A DNA stretch of 64,000 nucleotides from the NCBI GenBank assembly GCA_000182565.2, contig KQ257456.1; one strand, 5' to 3'. Shown here in pieces: positions 24,525 through 37,289 of this stretch. Below the pieces are notes generated by a model that was given only the letters and a program-made list of their open reading frames with translations, searched no databases and was not told where the DNA came from. Every line of letters starts with the position of its first letter. Position 1 is the first letter of the stretch. This DNA is from Spizellomyces punctatus DAOM BR117 (taxonomy: Eukaryota). Position numbers and translations under genes: made by a program.

Positions 24525-27500
24525 ATGTCTCCGCAGCAATATCCAAATCTCGCAGACAACGGATCCAGCAGTGATCCTGGTCTTCCTATTTTATCAACCC
24601 AAATATGGTGCGACCTGTTCCGTTGGAGGAAGCATTCGGCGACTCTCCTGCCTTTCATAGCAGGCTGCAGGCCAGTGAAACTGCCCTGAACGATGCCGAC
24701 AGCTCGATTAAGAAGATGGTTGCGATTGCTGAAAAGCTGAGCGATTTGACCAAGGGTAATTCCTATGAATCTCTAAAGTAGAAAGTCTATAAAGAAATAA
24801 TAGAACTCTTGCTTTAGAGTACTCGGCTAAATACCAGCAGCTTGCGGAGGAGATCCAAAACCTGGCGGGGAAGGATGATGATCCAGCATATGAGGTAAAT
24901 GAGAAACTAGTGAAATACGTTCAACATCAAACTGCATTTAAGCAAACATTGTCTATCATCTAAAGGCGGTGGGCCAACAGGCAGGTGGAGGAGTCCAACA
25001 TGTCGGGTTGCGCTGAGTCTAACAATGCCGTTCGATAGTAGCTCACTAAGTTTGCCCAAGTCATCAAGGTACGTGACTAATTGAAGAAGATCAATTGTAG
25101 GAATATTATCTATATAATCTGGCTCTCAGGACATTGAACGGAGTAGACTCATTGCGGCTAGCCAATATAAAGGTACCCACAAACTGCCTGGATCGCGATA
25201 CAAGCAGCCATTGACTAACATATAAATACATAGACGTCTTTGTCGATCCTCTGAACCAATTCATAGCCAGTGAAGTTCAACCTACAAAGGTTTGACGTGC
25301 CAACGTTTTGTGGACTTGCGCTAGTTGTTGACCCGTTTAATAGAAAGCTGGGAAAGATTTCCAGCATGCACAAGACCAATACCAGAATGCTCTGTCAAGA
25401 TACATGTCAAAAAAGTCTACGGATAAGGGAATTGAGGAGGTGTGTATATGGTATATATTTATCTTTTACTGTCTCATATTCACCAAAGCTTGTTACAGAG
25501 CGCTCGAGATGCGGCAGATGGTAACTCTTGATTGGGACATCATTAAATGAAGGATCAAGGGTCTTAATCGGAAGCTTTTAGCTAGAAAAGCATTTCATAC
25601 CAAAACGATAGAGTACGCAACAAAGCTGAATGATGTTGACGTGAAGCGGAAGTTTGAAATCGTCGAAAACGTAGGAATTCCATGAAGCAGTCTTCTTTGA
25701 TATCTACTTACACACTGCTCTGATTCAGGTTGTTGCCCTTGTTTATACCAATTTCTCCTTTTTCCATCAAGCATACGACGCCCTTAAAGATCTTGAGCCC
25801 TCTATGCGCGACCTCACAGGTGTGTCATAAGGTTTCTGATATCTCTATTAACATGAGCGCTTACATTTTATTGCAGGAATCCTCCAAAAGATGCGCGCGG
25901 ATTACTCCAAGATTGATACAAAAGCATCCGCCGAATTCATTCTTCATCAAGTCAAACCGGAAGACTACGACCCCAGCTCCCCCACCAGTGTAAAAGCGAC
26001 GCGGACGGCGTCAACTTTATATAAAGGCGGATATTTGTTCAAGAAGAGTAGCTCGAAAATGAGGACCGTATGGCATCGTCGGTATTTTGAATTAATGAAC
26101 AACTTTTTGCACTATTTTTCGTTGGAGGGAAAGGTGGGTGCTGCTGGCTCTCGGTTTCGATTGGAACGGCATCATAAACATGCATCGAATATCTGGGGAC
26201 GACGGATAGGATGAGGCGAAGACTACGATCGATCTACGAATTTGTGCTGTAAAGGAAACTCCAAATCCGGAGAGAAGATTTTGTTTTGACTTGGTATCGC
26301 CAAACAAGTAGGTTATTCTGAAATCTCTTTTTGTCACCCTTTTGTATACTAAAAGGCTCCGTTACTTTCCAGAGCCCTAACTCTCCAAGCTCAAAGCGAG
26401 GACCAGATGAAAGACTGGATGAGCGTCCTTCAAGCTGCCATATCACGCTCGATATCCGATGAAGGATTTGTTACATCCCCAGTCGTATGTTATTGGTAGC
26501 AGCAATTTATCGCTTTCGAGGCACTCACGCCTGCATTGCTTAGAAACCAACCTTCGGCGAAATGGATCAGGCTGCTATTGCAAAACGTGAAGGGAACAAA
26601 AGCGCGAATGAATTCATGAAACAAGTCCATGCTATCCCAGGTAACTTCGGTCGCACTGTGTTATTATTGTTCACCGATAGCTTAAATGCCGATTGTTCCC
26701 TTAGGCAATAACGTCTGCGCCGACTGTGCATCTCAGGAAGATGTGGAATGGGCAAGCTGCAACCTGGGTATCATTCTGTGCATTACGTGCTCTGGGATTC
26801 ACAGAGGGTTGGGTCGGCATGTTTCCAAGGTATGCTACATCAATACTATATTGACGCTTCTGTATCTCACCGGCGTCCTGCCTTAGATGAAGTCCTTGGC
26901 GCTCGATCGGTGGGACCAGGAGAGCGGCGACATCTTACTGGCACTTGGCAATGAAAAAGTAAATGCCATTTTCGAAGGGAAATTAAGGAAGGAAGGGCAA
27001 CTCGACGCCGTGAAGCCAAAGCCGAATGCTGAACGGTATGACTAAGTTTGAACGGGTCATTAGGGCACAAGCTGGAGAAAACTAATGCCAAGCTCCATCC
27101 AGGGCGGCAAAGCAAAAGTACTGTGTGGCTAAATATGCAAACAAGGTAAATGACAGCAGGAGGCTCACTGCATTAGATCCTTCGAGAGGATGTAACACCT
27201 CCCACTCGCAGGAATATCTGTTATCTCCAGACACAGATCCGACTCTCCGCAATGAGCCACTTCAATCTGCTTTTGTCAATGCTGTCAAGAACGGTGACAT
27301 TCTTACTTCATTGCGGTGTATCGCGTATGGAGCGAATGTCAACGAAGTAGATTTGACTGGGCAGACCATGCTGCACAAGGTCACCTTGAGGAGCGATGCA
27401 ATGGTTGCAGAGTTTTTGCTACAGTGGAATGCGGAGATAAATGGATTGGATCAAAGGGGACGAAGTAGGTCCGAATGGCACCTTAACATATCCATTATTA

Positions 27501-28049
27501 CTGAACCACGGTGTTCTGCTTCCACTTACTCTAGCCCCACTTCATTGCGCCGCTGAGGCAGGGAATGCAAATACAGTGTTGGCGCTTTTGCGACGAAATG
27601 CAAAGACAGATATCCGCGACAATGATGGGAAGGTAAGATATGGAAATACCGTTCCTCCATATCCAATCCTTGATAGTTAATTAAACGTTCCCTTGCCAAT
27701 ACAGCTCGCAATAGACGTTGCAGTCGAAAACAGTACCAAATCGGAATCTCACGTTCGCATCGTAACCATTCTCCGTCTTACTTCGCTCGACAATGAAAAT
27801 AAGGCGTCTTCGACCTGGCGAGCACAAGACTGGGGCATCCACGAGGCGCTCCAACATTTATCATCGCCCTCGCTGGATGCTCAGAGTGAGGCAGTTGAAA
27901 AAGTGGGTGTTGTCGAGAATATTGGGTGGGGTGGTGGTGGGACCAGCCCTATTACAGTGCCTCCAGCGGATCCAGCTGCGTGGGGAGCAAAGCCTGCGCT
28001 GGCGGCTTCCGATCCATGGGCGGAAGAGCAGAATGCCTGGGCAAAGTAG
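24525..28049 (+). CDS. BAR-PH-ArfGAP-ankyrin protein (ACAP/centaurin-beta-like), many exons
   Basis: [12 protein letters not shown] start; [29 protein letters not shown]; ArfGAP zinc finger [26 protein letters not shown]; ankyrin repeats GQTMLH and PLHCAAEAG. Confidence 0.92.
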
Positions 28050-28303
28050 TTGTAGTAAATCTCACTTGAATTCAAACATACTGCGTGATGTGTGGGAATG
28101 GAATTAACCAACGCATTCTCGATTTTACGCCCAAACATTCGCTCTAATCTGTTGATCGGTTGTCGCTCAAATTTATATTACCTTCATGATTGGTGTGTGC
28201 CTAGGACATTTGCATAGCCCAAAAGACTTTCGATGTTTCCAACAGCACTCGACGAGATGGCCAAAGGCGTAATGGATAGTCACAAAACATTCAAGATAAT
28301 TTA

Positions 28304-28451
28304 ATCAAAACATAACGCAGGCCCCCTTTCACCCGCCGAGGCCCTCTCTATGACTGCCCTCCCCTTAGGAACAATCATAGAGCTCCAATCCGAAGATGGA
28401 GGTAGCTGCTCACACCACGCGCACTACAGTCCCAGCCAACCAATTCACACA
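28304..28451 (-). mobile_element. 5'-truncated (headless) copy of the SINE-like element at 49084-49299
   Basis: Near-identical to ~49084-49234 (cataacgcaggccccctttcacccgccgaggccctctctatgactgcc...ccaaccaattcacaca). Confidence 0.85.
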
Positions 28452-28586
28452 AGGAGACGGCCACCTCCTGCCCACGCGGAAATCGCACATGTCGAGACGC
28501 GACAACGTGATTGGCTTACTAATCGCTTACGAAACCGATTATTGGACTTGCCAGCAACTCGACATGGTCTTCCGCTCTCTTGCATA

Positions 28587-30619
28587 ATGTCCTATCGACG
28601 TCCTCTGTCGTCACCGACCAAAAGTGGTGCTCAACGTCCTGTATCTGCACTAGAACGCGCACAAGCCTTTTTGCGGGGTGAGCGACTTCCACCGTCACCT
28701 CGAACACCGACAAAATGGACAAAGAATGCGGACGTACGAAGCAGCAGCGACGATGTAGACAGCGATGAAAAGTCAGAGAATGATTCCGATCATGAGCTTC
28801 AGCAGTTCCTGGATACTCTTGCTAAAAAGAAGCCAGATACACCCACGTCACGGATAAGTACACCTCAGCCTGTTAAACGACCTGCATCATCATATCTCAA
28901 GCAATCGAGAGCCACTTCTGCCCCTGAAAATGCGCCTTCATCCCCAGCACTTTCGGCAACATCTTCTAGACAGTCGTCTGCGTCGAATAGGAACAGACCA
29001 TCGTCGGCATTGATGCGTATGCAGAGTTTCAGGAAAATGGAACCGGCGGGGAATGCGAAAGTGATTCAGAGCGAGAGTGAAAGCGAGAGTGATAGTGATG
29101 TTGGCAGTGACTTTGAGAAATTTATGAAGAAAGGGGCGAGGAGTAGTATGCGTGAGAGCAAGGATCTCGAAGAGGAAGATGAGGTCGAGAAAATGAGCGA
29201 GATCTCTCCTCTGGCAAAGCAGATTGTCCAAGATGCTGGGCCATCTGCTGTACCAACATCTTCCCACAAGCAAATGGACTCTCTCCCTAAGACACCCGTC
29301 CGCTCTAATTCCACCACAAGCTCCACGTCTTTGTCATCTACTACCACCAACTCCTCTTCGCTTCCCAAAACACAAGGGCTCCAAAGCAACTCCGTTCATC
29401 CTCCTTATTCCAAACGCTCCTCAGAAAACAGTAGCAAGGGAGGGAACTTTGAAAGCGACAGTAGCAGTGCTATTGAGAGCGATTTTGATACCTTTTTGTT
29501 GAGAAAAGAGGACGTGCGGAAGCGGGATGCTGGCGTGAAGGGCGATAATGCGACTCCTAACCTTGCCAATACAAAGGAGAGGGTCAGCGAGGCGACAGAA
29601 GAGAATCGTGGGAAGATGGATGAGACGAAAGTAGAGGATCTGGAAGCCACGAGCATTCACACGCTCGAGGATCAAAGGCCGTCTGTGTCAGCACCCAGGC
29701 CGCAAGCGGAACTAGAAGCACAGGCTGCTGTTGAGAATCAGAGGGTAGCACCACAGTTGCCAGTAACGACTACTACCGCACCACCCCCACCATTCCAATA
29801 CGTACAATCTGCAGTCTCGGGGCCGCATATCCCAGTAGCACCTCCAACACATCCGTACCCAATTCCCCCACAACCTATACTCCCAACAGCCTATCCACCA
29901 CCTTTCCCACCGCCTACAGCCTACCCTCAGCCTCCTTACCAGCCACCACTGACAGTGTCCTACCCACCGTTTTACCCTTACTACCCACCACCTTACGCCT
30001 GGACGTCTGCACCGCAGTGCACAGAACAGCATGCATGTAGATGTTCACATGAGACGAGACATGTCCTTGCTGACGAGAGAGATGAACGTGATGAGAGACA
30101 GGAGAGGAGAAGAAGACGCCGAAGACGGGGAAAAAGGAGGGCACAGCGGAGGGATGGAAGCGATCAAGAAATCGACACACCACCGCGCACAGAGAGATAT
30201 ACATCGTCATCACCACCTGTACATAATAGTGATTCCAGTCTCGCAGAACAATATCGTAAGTTTTCGCCGTTTCTTTGACAGCTTTGGAATATAAACCCAA
30301 CTTGTCCCTTCTTGCAGCCTTACCAACTCATCACCCAGCCCTCCAAACTCTCCATGCCCTCATCAAAACCCACCTCACGTACATCCAGAACTTCGTAGCA
30401 GCAAGTTTCGACATGGCCGCTGCAGAGAGTGCATCATATCGATGTAGAAAGTACACTACTTTGGAGGAAACCAAAAAGGTATGTGAGTAATTTCTGCACT
30501 TGGTACAAATTTGATGTTGAACAATCGGCGTTTTCGCCCAGTTTTTAAAACAACGAGCCAAAGCCCCGTTAACGATGGACGAGGCGAGGAAATTGGTGGA
30601 AGAAGAGGAACGGTTGTGA
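28587..30619 (+). CDS. C19orf44/DUF4614-like protein (Ser- and Pro-rich), 3 exons
   Basis: Likely start MSYRRPLSS; C-terminus PALQTLHALIKTHLTYIQNFV...YTTLEETKK|FLKQRAKAPLTMDEARKLV resembles the DUF4614 tail. Confidence 0.65.
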
Positions 30620-30872
30620 ACTGTGACCTTTGTATATTACCGATGCTTGTATATAGACATGCAATTTACAACTTGCTTGTTCCCATCGCCGGGTACCCCA
30701 ACTCTTCATGACGCACATTCCCACCATAATATAAATTGTTCCGCAATAAATCGCTGTAGCCACTTGAGGGACTGGTGGTCTGCGATAACCTTGTAGGGGT
30801 TCCCTCCAAGTAAGGTTTCCAAACTCTGAGGGCATCATGGACGGCAAACAACGCTTGTTCTCTGGCTCTCAA

Positions 30873-31311
30873 TCACTGCCTCTCGAATTTACTCGCCAAA
30901 TAATCCTTGAAATAGGAAACCGTTGTCTTTTCTTCCAAGGTATCCTGTGCTTCTTGATCTAGCAGTGTGTATGTCTTCTTTGGAGGTAGGAAAGCGGGGA
31001 TGGGACTTGTTTCTGGTATCGGATACTGCCATTTAGAGAGGTTAGACAACTCTTCCACGGGCGAACGTCAACATGAAAAAGCTAACCTTCTTCTCAATCT
31101 CATTATTCAATATCCGCTGCAAGCTAGCTAACTGCTCTTGTCCATATTTTACTCTTTCTGCTAGTGACTCTGTTGGTTGACGAAATTCGTTCCGCACTCG
31201 GGTTAGAATGTAGGATTGAAGTCGGGCAGGTCGAGAGGGTTGCGGTGGCCAGGAGGCGTGTAGACGGAGGAAGGAGCGGTAGAGCTGGCGAACCTCTGGG
31301 TGAACAGCCAT
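30873..31311 (-). CDS. Small mitochondrial LYR-like / UQCC2(Cbp6)-like protein, 2 exons
   Basis: MAVHPEVRQLYRSFLRLHASWP..RVRNEFR..EQLASLQRILNNEIEKK|YPIP. Confidence 0.65.
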
Positions 31312-31453
31312 GATAGTTTGAAGTGTAAAGCAAATGGAGGAGAAAGCCCAACGATCCGTGAAGTGACAGGCCGTTGCTGGGGCAACAGTCATTTTGCCAA
31401 ATTTGCCTAAATGAGGTTGTCGTGCTTTCACCCTCTGCAGATATCCTCCCTCA

Positions 31454-32608
31454 ATGCCTCCAGACAGATCGCCTGGACCTCCAGTCTCCTTTATATGCGT
31501 CCACGCAGGGGCAGGATACCACCATCCCCGAACCCATACCGCGCTCCTCACCCTTGTTTCCGAAGCATGTCTGAGTGGAATGCGCAATTTGTTATCAGGA
31601 ACGACTTCCTGCTCCGCCGCGACAACAGCGACAAACCACCTTGAATCTTCCCCACTTACCAATGCAGGCCTTGGATCTAATCTTACAATTCAAGGCACGG
31701 TGGAATGCGACGCGAGCGCTATGTGTGGACGGACAGGCGCCTTTGGAGGGGTTGGAGCCGTCAGCGGGATTCGGCACCCCATCTGTGGAGCTGTGGCCGT
31801 TATGCGAGGAGACATGCAGGGACCGGGAATTTGCGGGCTTGTTCCACCGGTTCTGCTGGTTGGGGAGGGTGCAAAAACGTTTTGCGCTGCTCAAGGGGTA
31901 GAGATCGTTCAAATGCGATCTCTGATCACAGATGAGAGTCAAACACGATGGGAGAGGCATATGAGAATTCTAAGGGAGGCAGAGCAACAGGAAGGGGAGC
32001 GAGCAAAGAAGAGACAGCGAAAGGAGTGTAGGGATAAAAGTCCAGATCTATCAGAACAATCTTTTCCGGAATCCCACTTGAATGACACAGTTGGCTGTGT
32101 AGCACAAGACTCAACCGGAAACATAACATCTACTGTCTCTAGCGGCGGAATCTCACTTAAGCATCCAGGCCGAGTGGGTGAAGCAGCCATCTACGGCGCA
32201 GGGACATGGTCCGAATGCACACCCACCGTTAGCATTGGCTGCAGTGTCTCTGGTACTGGGGAGCAAATTATAAAGACTTTATTTGCACGAGAATGCGCCA
32301 AGAGATGTTTGAAGAGCGATGACGTTGCCGAGAGCTTGAGAGAGGTTATTCGGGAGTTTTTGGACATTGATTTGATCAAGGGAAAGGAGAGAAACGTCGG
32401 AGTTATAATATATAGATGTGAGTTGACTGCAGATGAGAGTATAGGCGACGATGTGGATGGAAAGAAATATATTCGTGAGGTGTGGTGGGCTCATACGACG
32501 AAAAGCTTCTGTGTAGCGTGGATGTCGAGTGCAGACAAGAAACCCCATGCCAGGGTATCGACCTTAGCGCCAGGTCATGTCATGGTCATTGATGGACGAC
32601 CAATTTGA
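31454..32608 (+). CDS. TASP1: Taspase 1-like threonine aspartase (Ntn hydrolase, asparaginase-2 family)
   Basis: VHAGAGYH, SPLTNAGLGSNL..GTVECDAS, DTVG autocleavage site, SSGGISLKHPGRVGEAAIYGAG, SGTGEQI. Confidence 0.9.
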   Translation: MPPDRSPGPPVSFICVHAGAGYHHPRTHTALLTLVSEACLSGMRNLLSGTTSCSAATTATNHLESSPLTNAGLGSNLTIQGTVECDASAMCGRTGAFGGVGAVSGIRHPICGAVAVMRGDMQGPGICGLVPPVLLVGEGAKTFCAAQGVEIVQMRSLITDESQTRWERHMRILREAEQQEGERAKKRQRKECRDKSPDLSEQSFPESHLNDTVGCVAQDSTGNITSTVSSGGISLKHPGRVGEAAIYGAGTWSECTPTVSIGCSVSGTGEQIIKTLFARECAKRCLKSDDVAESLREVIREFLDIDLIKGKERNVGVIIYRCELTADESIGDDVDGKKYIREVWWAHTTKSFCVAWMSSADKKPHARVSTLAPGHVMVIDGRPI

Positions 32609-32710
32609 AAAAGACGTGGTTCGTATATTCCGTGGCCAAACACGATACAGTAATAAGCTTCCCAATAAGCATGAATGAATGCTGGTCTCGACATGTTATA
32701 TCCACCGTAG

Positions 32711-33687
32711 CTAATCATACATTTGATTCAAATGCTGCAATAACTGGCTTCGGTTTTTTTCTCTGACTTTATCATCCGTTGTCTTGTGTACCTAACACAT
32801 CCAAAAGGTATGAGTGACGTGACGACAGGTAACACTGCAGGCAATGCCGCACCTTCAATTTGATCTTCTTTCCAGTAATCGCACTGCGTCGCACGTCTTC
32901 ATCGCTAGATCTGTCGTCGCTGCTGCTAGACTTTCGGTGTTTCTTCTTCTTCTGCATTAGATAGGACGAGAACATTAAGGAATATTCTAGGCAGATCAAG
33001 TAACTGTCAATGTCCACAACATACATCCTTCTTTTTCTTGTCCTTACTCTTCTTTTTCTTCTCTTTTGATTTCTTTCGCTGGCCTGAGCAGAGATGTCAA
33101 AAACTTGGCGCCATCTTTTAAAACCTCTGCACATGCAAAAAACCAACCTGGATCACTATCACTCCCGCTACTACTCTCTGAGCTTTCATCTCTCTTCCGA
33201 CGCTTGTATCCCGACCGAGAGCGCTTACGTTCGTCTACAAGCAATCTCCCATGGAAGTTTGCATCGTATTGGAGAAAGTTTTACGTGTATCGAGGGTTAT
33301 GTGTTGTTTGACCATGTGTTCAGTCAGTTTTATGAACATGGAGTATTGTTATTTTATTGAACGTGTATGGTCAGGAAGAAACAGACAGGAATACTAACCT
33401 TCGGATGAAGAGCGGGAGCGCCGTGGAGATTTAGAACGGGAACGTGAGCTAGATGCACTGGTGCGTTTCTTGTAATATGGTGACACTGCGGGAAAAAGAA
33501 GCGGAGGTTATCAGAGAACAAAACGAAATAAAGCCTGCGATCAGAGCAGACCTTCTCGTCGGCTTTGTCGGCCTTCTCTGGAGCGATCTCTATATTCACT
33601 GCGATGGCGGCGTGATGAGGAACGAGAGTCTGAATCTGTAACAGAAAGCCGACGGCTTCTCTCTCTGCTGCTGCGACGACTCGTCAT
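32711..33687 (-). CDS. Arg/Ser/Lys-rich low-complexity protein, multi-exon
   Basis: MTSRRSSRERSRR... exons ending RRSAITGKKIKLK|VHKTTDDKVREKNRSQLLQHLNQMYD*. Confidence 0.6.
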
Positions 33688-33980
33688 GTCTTTCTGATCA
33701 AACCTCTCGCTACTGGGACAAAGCTTTGCAAAAGTACTTTTGACGCCCTCTGGACTTGCACACGTGACGCCATTGCCCCAAATCAGACTCATTGAAAGGC
33801 CCACCATGGCGGAGCACAAAATAACACACACTTGACGGGGGAACGAGATCTGCAAGAAACAAGTCTGGACCGGATGCGACAAAGCGATAGCCATACATAA
33901 AGTAACGAACGCCTACCCCGCCTTCCACGTCAATGCGTTCATTCTAACCCGCATCTTGAGAAAGGGTCTCCGCGAGCTTT

Positions 33981-35477
33981 ATGTCCAATGTGGAGGCATC
34001 GACCAAGAACCAAGCTTCTGCGAGCTTGGAGGCTCGTTCATCTAAACCAACACCGGATGTGGGACTGTCCATACCTGCGAGGGGAAACTCGCTAAGTCCC
34101 TCATCGAAACCTTTGCCTTCGCTTCCACCTGCCATCATTACTAGACCGCCGCTGCTGGATTCTGCCTTTGAGGGGAGTGATGGAGCGTCACTACGAGGCC
34201 AGCGGCAAGGAAGTGGACGAAACTCACCCCGCGTGTCGATATCGCAGAAAATGGAGGGAGGGGAGAATAAAGGGGATGCAGCCAGCTCGCTGCAACCGCT
34301 CTTAGCCCAGGCGCTGGCGCGGGCTGAGCTAGCGGTGAAATTGGATGGAGAGAGCAAATACGTTGAAGCGTTGCAAGCATACTGTGATACGATCCTCATT
34401 TTTGAAATGGTTTTAGAAAAAGCTGATGAAGCGGCCTTGGGAATTCATGCGGACAGTGAAGGACGACGAGAGAACACACCTGTATTGTTGAAGGATGATA
34501 GAAAAAGACTCATTGAACTGCGGAACACCTACGTGCAACGTGTCGGGGTTTTGTTATCGACCTTGCCATCGGAATACACGGCATGGTACAATGGCCGAGC
34601 CACAGCACGCCCACCGACATCGCGAGCACCCAGTGCTGCAGATATCCGTTCCGCACGAGGTTCAATGACTCCATTTACCCCCATGAACCCCTACGAAGCC
34701 ATGATGATGGCCGATCCCTCAATGGCGGAACCACCCGAACCACCACCAAATAATCCAGAGCTGCGGGTTTTCTGGCTCATGCGGCTCTTGGCACGGTCAA
34801 TGACTACGGGCGGCTTCGTGACTAATGGATTATACGTTCCGCGAGAGGTGTGGATACAAAACGGAGCGAAATTCACGGCAATGGAGACAAAGGTCGCAGC
34901 GTGTAACGAAGTAATTAAAGAACTGGATATTTTGGATGAAAGAGAAATTACGAAAACCGACGAAATGGCACGAAAGCTCATGTCTGTCCTCAAGTCTCTG
35001 GAACACGCCAAGAAAACCCTCTCAAAAAAACTCCGCTTTATTGAACTCGACTCCAAATCCGGCCCTTCTTCACCTCTTGTCACCGAATCCAATGTGTCCC
35101 TCGCCAGCACGTCGTCGTCCTCCGCGCCCAGCCTCCTATCTCCCTCCCTCATACCACTTGACCAGAAACAAAGCAGATTTACATCATGGGGCTCAAAATT
35201 ATCCAAAAGTATGGAAAAGTTGACCAAGGAACGACCCGCGGACTCGATTTTGTATATCGAGACGCTCCTGCGGTTCTTTTCGGCCGCAGGAAGGCTGGAG
35301 AAGGTGCTGATTTACTATTCCTCTTTGCCTCCTGTCCGGAATGTACCTGTTGTTTTAGCGAGAGTGCGTGGGTGTGTGAGATTGCTTTGGGGTGTCTTTT
35401 GTATGTTTGTTGGAAGGGATTTGGAGGCATTATTGGAACGGTTTTTGAAAAAGGGACGGCAGGTAGTGTGTCTGTAG
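33981..35477 (+). CDS. MIT domain-containing protein, intronless
   Basis: LAQALARAELAVKLDGESKYVEALQAYCDTI (MIT) and C-terminal FWLMRLL..GGFVTNGLYVPREVWIQ. Confidence 0.8.
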   Translation: MSNVEASTKNQASASLEARSSKPTPDVGLSIPARGNSLSPSSKPLPSLPPAIITRPPLLDSAFEGSDGASLRGQRQGSGRNSPRVSISQKMEGGENKGDAASSLQPLLAQALARAELAVKLDGESKYVEALQAYCDTILIFEMVLEKADEAALGIHADSEGRRENTPVLLKDDRKRLIELRNTYVQRVGVLLSTLPSEYTAWYNGRATARPPTSRAPSAADIRSARGSMTPFTPMNPYEAMMMADPSMAEPPEPPPNNPELRVFWLMRLLARSMTTGGFVTNGLYVPREVWIQNGAKFTAMETKVAACNEVIKELDILDEREITKTDEMARKLMSVLKSLEHAKKTLSKKLRFIELDSKSGPSSPLVTESNVSLASTSSSSAPSLLSPSLIPLDQKQSRFTSWGSKLSKSMEKLTKERPADSILYIETLLRFFSAAGRLEKVLIYYSSLPPVRNVPVVLARVRGCVRLLWGVFCMFVGRDLEALLERFLKKGRQVVCL

Positions 35478-35885
35478 CTGGCTTAGGGTTCAGTTTTGGC
35501 TGGGATGTCTCAGCTCTAAGGCAGAACACATCGAGAACTCGTTTTTCTTTTCTGCTGCCTGGAGTAGTAGGAGTGGACGGTGGATTAGGATCCGTGGATT
35601 GTTAAGATGGACGCTCGTCATTTTAGATGCAAGGTCCGGTTGCTGCGGTTATATCCGTTTTTTTTTGTTTGTTGCTTCTTTTTGTTATGTTTGGAAGAAC
35701 AGAGATATTTATTCTTTAAAGACGACAGATTGACATGTTTGTTACTGGTGAAATGCTTGTTTTTATTCCGTCCATTCCAACGGGCCCGCTTTAAACACAC
35801 GTCAAAAGAATAAAAAAATTCAATATCATGAAAATACAAAAATATCCCATTTTCCTTTCCATCAAAAAATCAAAACTATAATCCA

Positions 35886-36701
35886 TCACATTGCAAATCG
35901 CCCTCGCACATCCTGCAGTTCCTCTCGCACCACTTCAACTCGATTCAAGAGGGACTCCAATCTATCCAAAGCATGCTTGTTCTCAATTCTTTGGACGTTA
36001 ACGGCTGTTTTCACCTTGGAGGCTCGCATTCGGAGACTTGTGTATGTTGTGGGTGGTGGTATTCTGGGAGGATGAGGTATGGGTGTAGAGGGTTCAGCAG
36101 CCAAAGCAACCTCTTCTGAAGGTCTATCCACAACAGTCGAATCGCAATGTTCGGAATGGAGTGACTCGGATACGGAAACTCCTGGAAGGGACCTCAACGT
36201 CCTAACCCAAACACTCAATTCTGCCACACATGCAACCTCAAATACTCTTTGAATGCCATTCACACCATCTCGAAGTACGAACCTCCACCGTCCCTTTTCT
36301 TTGCTGACTCTGATTAAACCGAATCCAAGATAATCTGTATCGAATTGTGATAAAAGCTTGCCGGTGCTCCCGGAAGATAAGAGCTCATGTTCAGTTGTTT
36401 GGGTTGGGGTAATGGTGAGGCGGACGGGAATTTTGCGGGTGGTTGTTCCAAGAACGTGTTTTTTCGGTGCTAGTTTGTGGAGAGGGGATAGGGAGGTATA
36501 GGAGGACACTGAGAGGAGTGTGCCGGTGAAGATCGGGTTAGACATGAGATGGGATTGTAAGGCGAGAGTAGTCGTTGGCGCGGAGAGCGAAGATGGGAGG
36601 GGTGCGCGGAGCATTGGCACAGATTGAGATACTCCGATGTTAGGCGTAAGTTTGGCGGAGAGGAAGGTGGGTGTCCATCGTCGTTTCATTTTTAAAGCCA
36701 T
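35886..36701 (-). CDS. Hypothetical protein with a possible PH-like domain
   Basis: 271-aa ORF; RVFEVACVAELSVWVRTL resembles a PH C-terminal helix. Confidence 0.5.
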   Translation of the reverse strand: MALKMKRRWTPTFLSAKLTPNIGVSQSVPMLRAPLPSSLSAPTTTLALQSHLMSNPIFTGTLLSVSSYTSLSPLHKLAPKKHVLGTTTRKIPVRLTITPTQTTEHELLSSGSTGKLLSQFDTDYLGFGLIRVSKEKGRWRFVLRDGVNGIQRVFEVACVAELSVWVRTLRSLPGVSVSESLHSEHCDSTVVDRPSEEVALAAEPSTPIPHPPRIPPPTTYTSLRMRASKVKTAVNVQRIENKHALDRLESLLNRVEVVREELQDVRGRFAM

Positions 36702-37289
36702 TCGGAATAGACAAAGGATGGCAATACAAGATTGGCTATGATGATACGTAATTGAGTCGTTAATCGATCATCCACAAAACGCAACACTGCCAGAGGAGAA
36801 AAGCCCGAAACAACTTGTCTCGCGCATGTCGGAGTTGCAATCACGTGAGAGACGCGGTAGGCAGCTGTGATGAGGTTTTGTATCTCGTTAAGCACTTTGG
36901 AGGTCTACATAACATAGCCATAGGTTAGAGCAAAAAATCAAAGAAAAATGGGCCAAAATCGTCCATATGTTTTAGTTGCAAAAGAAGTTCCGCCCGATGT
37001 TATGGGCGAAGGTTTGTAAAACTTTTGTAGGGATTTAAGAGAGGCAGAAGCGTGCGCTAAGTTTCTTTTTCGTTTGTTTGTTTTTTGTTACTTGGGTATA
37101 GATCTCAAGTATACTCAGCCGGAAAGGAAGCCTGTTCCTGTTTCGTTTGTACGGCATAAAGAGGTGGGCTACGGTCATTTCCATTTCAATTCATATTGTC
37201 CTATACCTAGCGGTCTAATACAAAATCCAAAATCTTCGAAATTACACAGTACGGTCCCCGCCGTGCACCAACCGGTCGCATCCTTCCAC

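Noticed and set aside
28350-28586. N-terminal 79 aa of the 642-aa ORF
   Set aside because: Begins inside the antisense SINE copy; ATG 28587 is the more plausible start
31042-31662. 206-aa minus ORF overlapping taspase
   Set aside because: Only the part from ATG 31311 is credible; the upstream portion is the antisense shadow of the taspase gene
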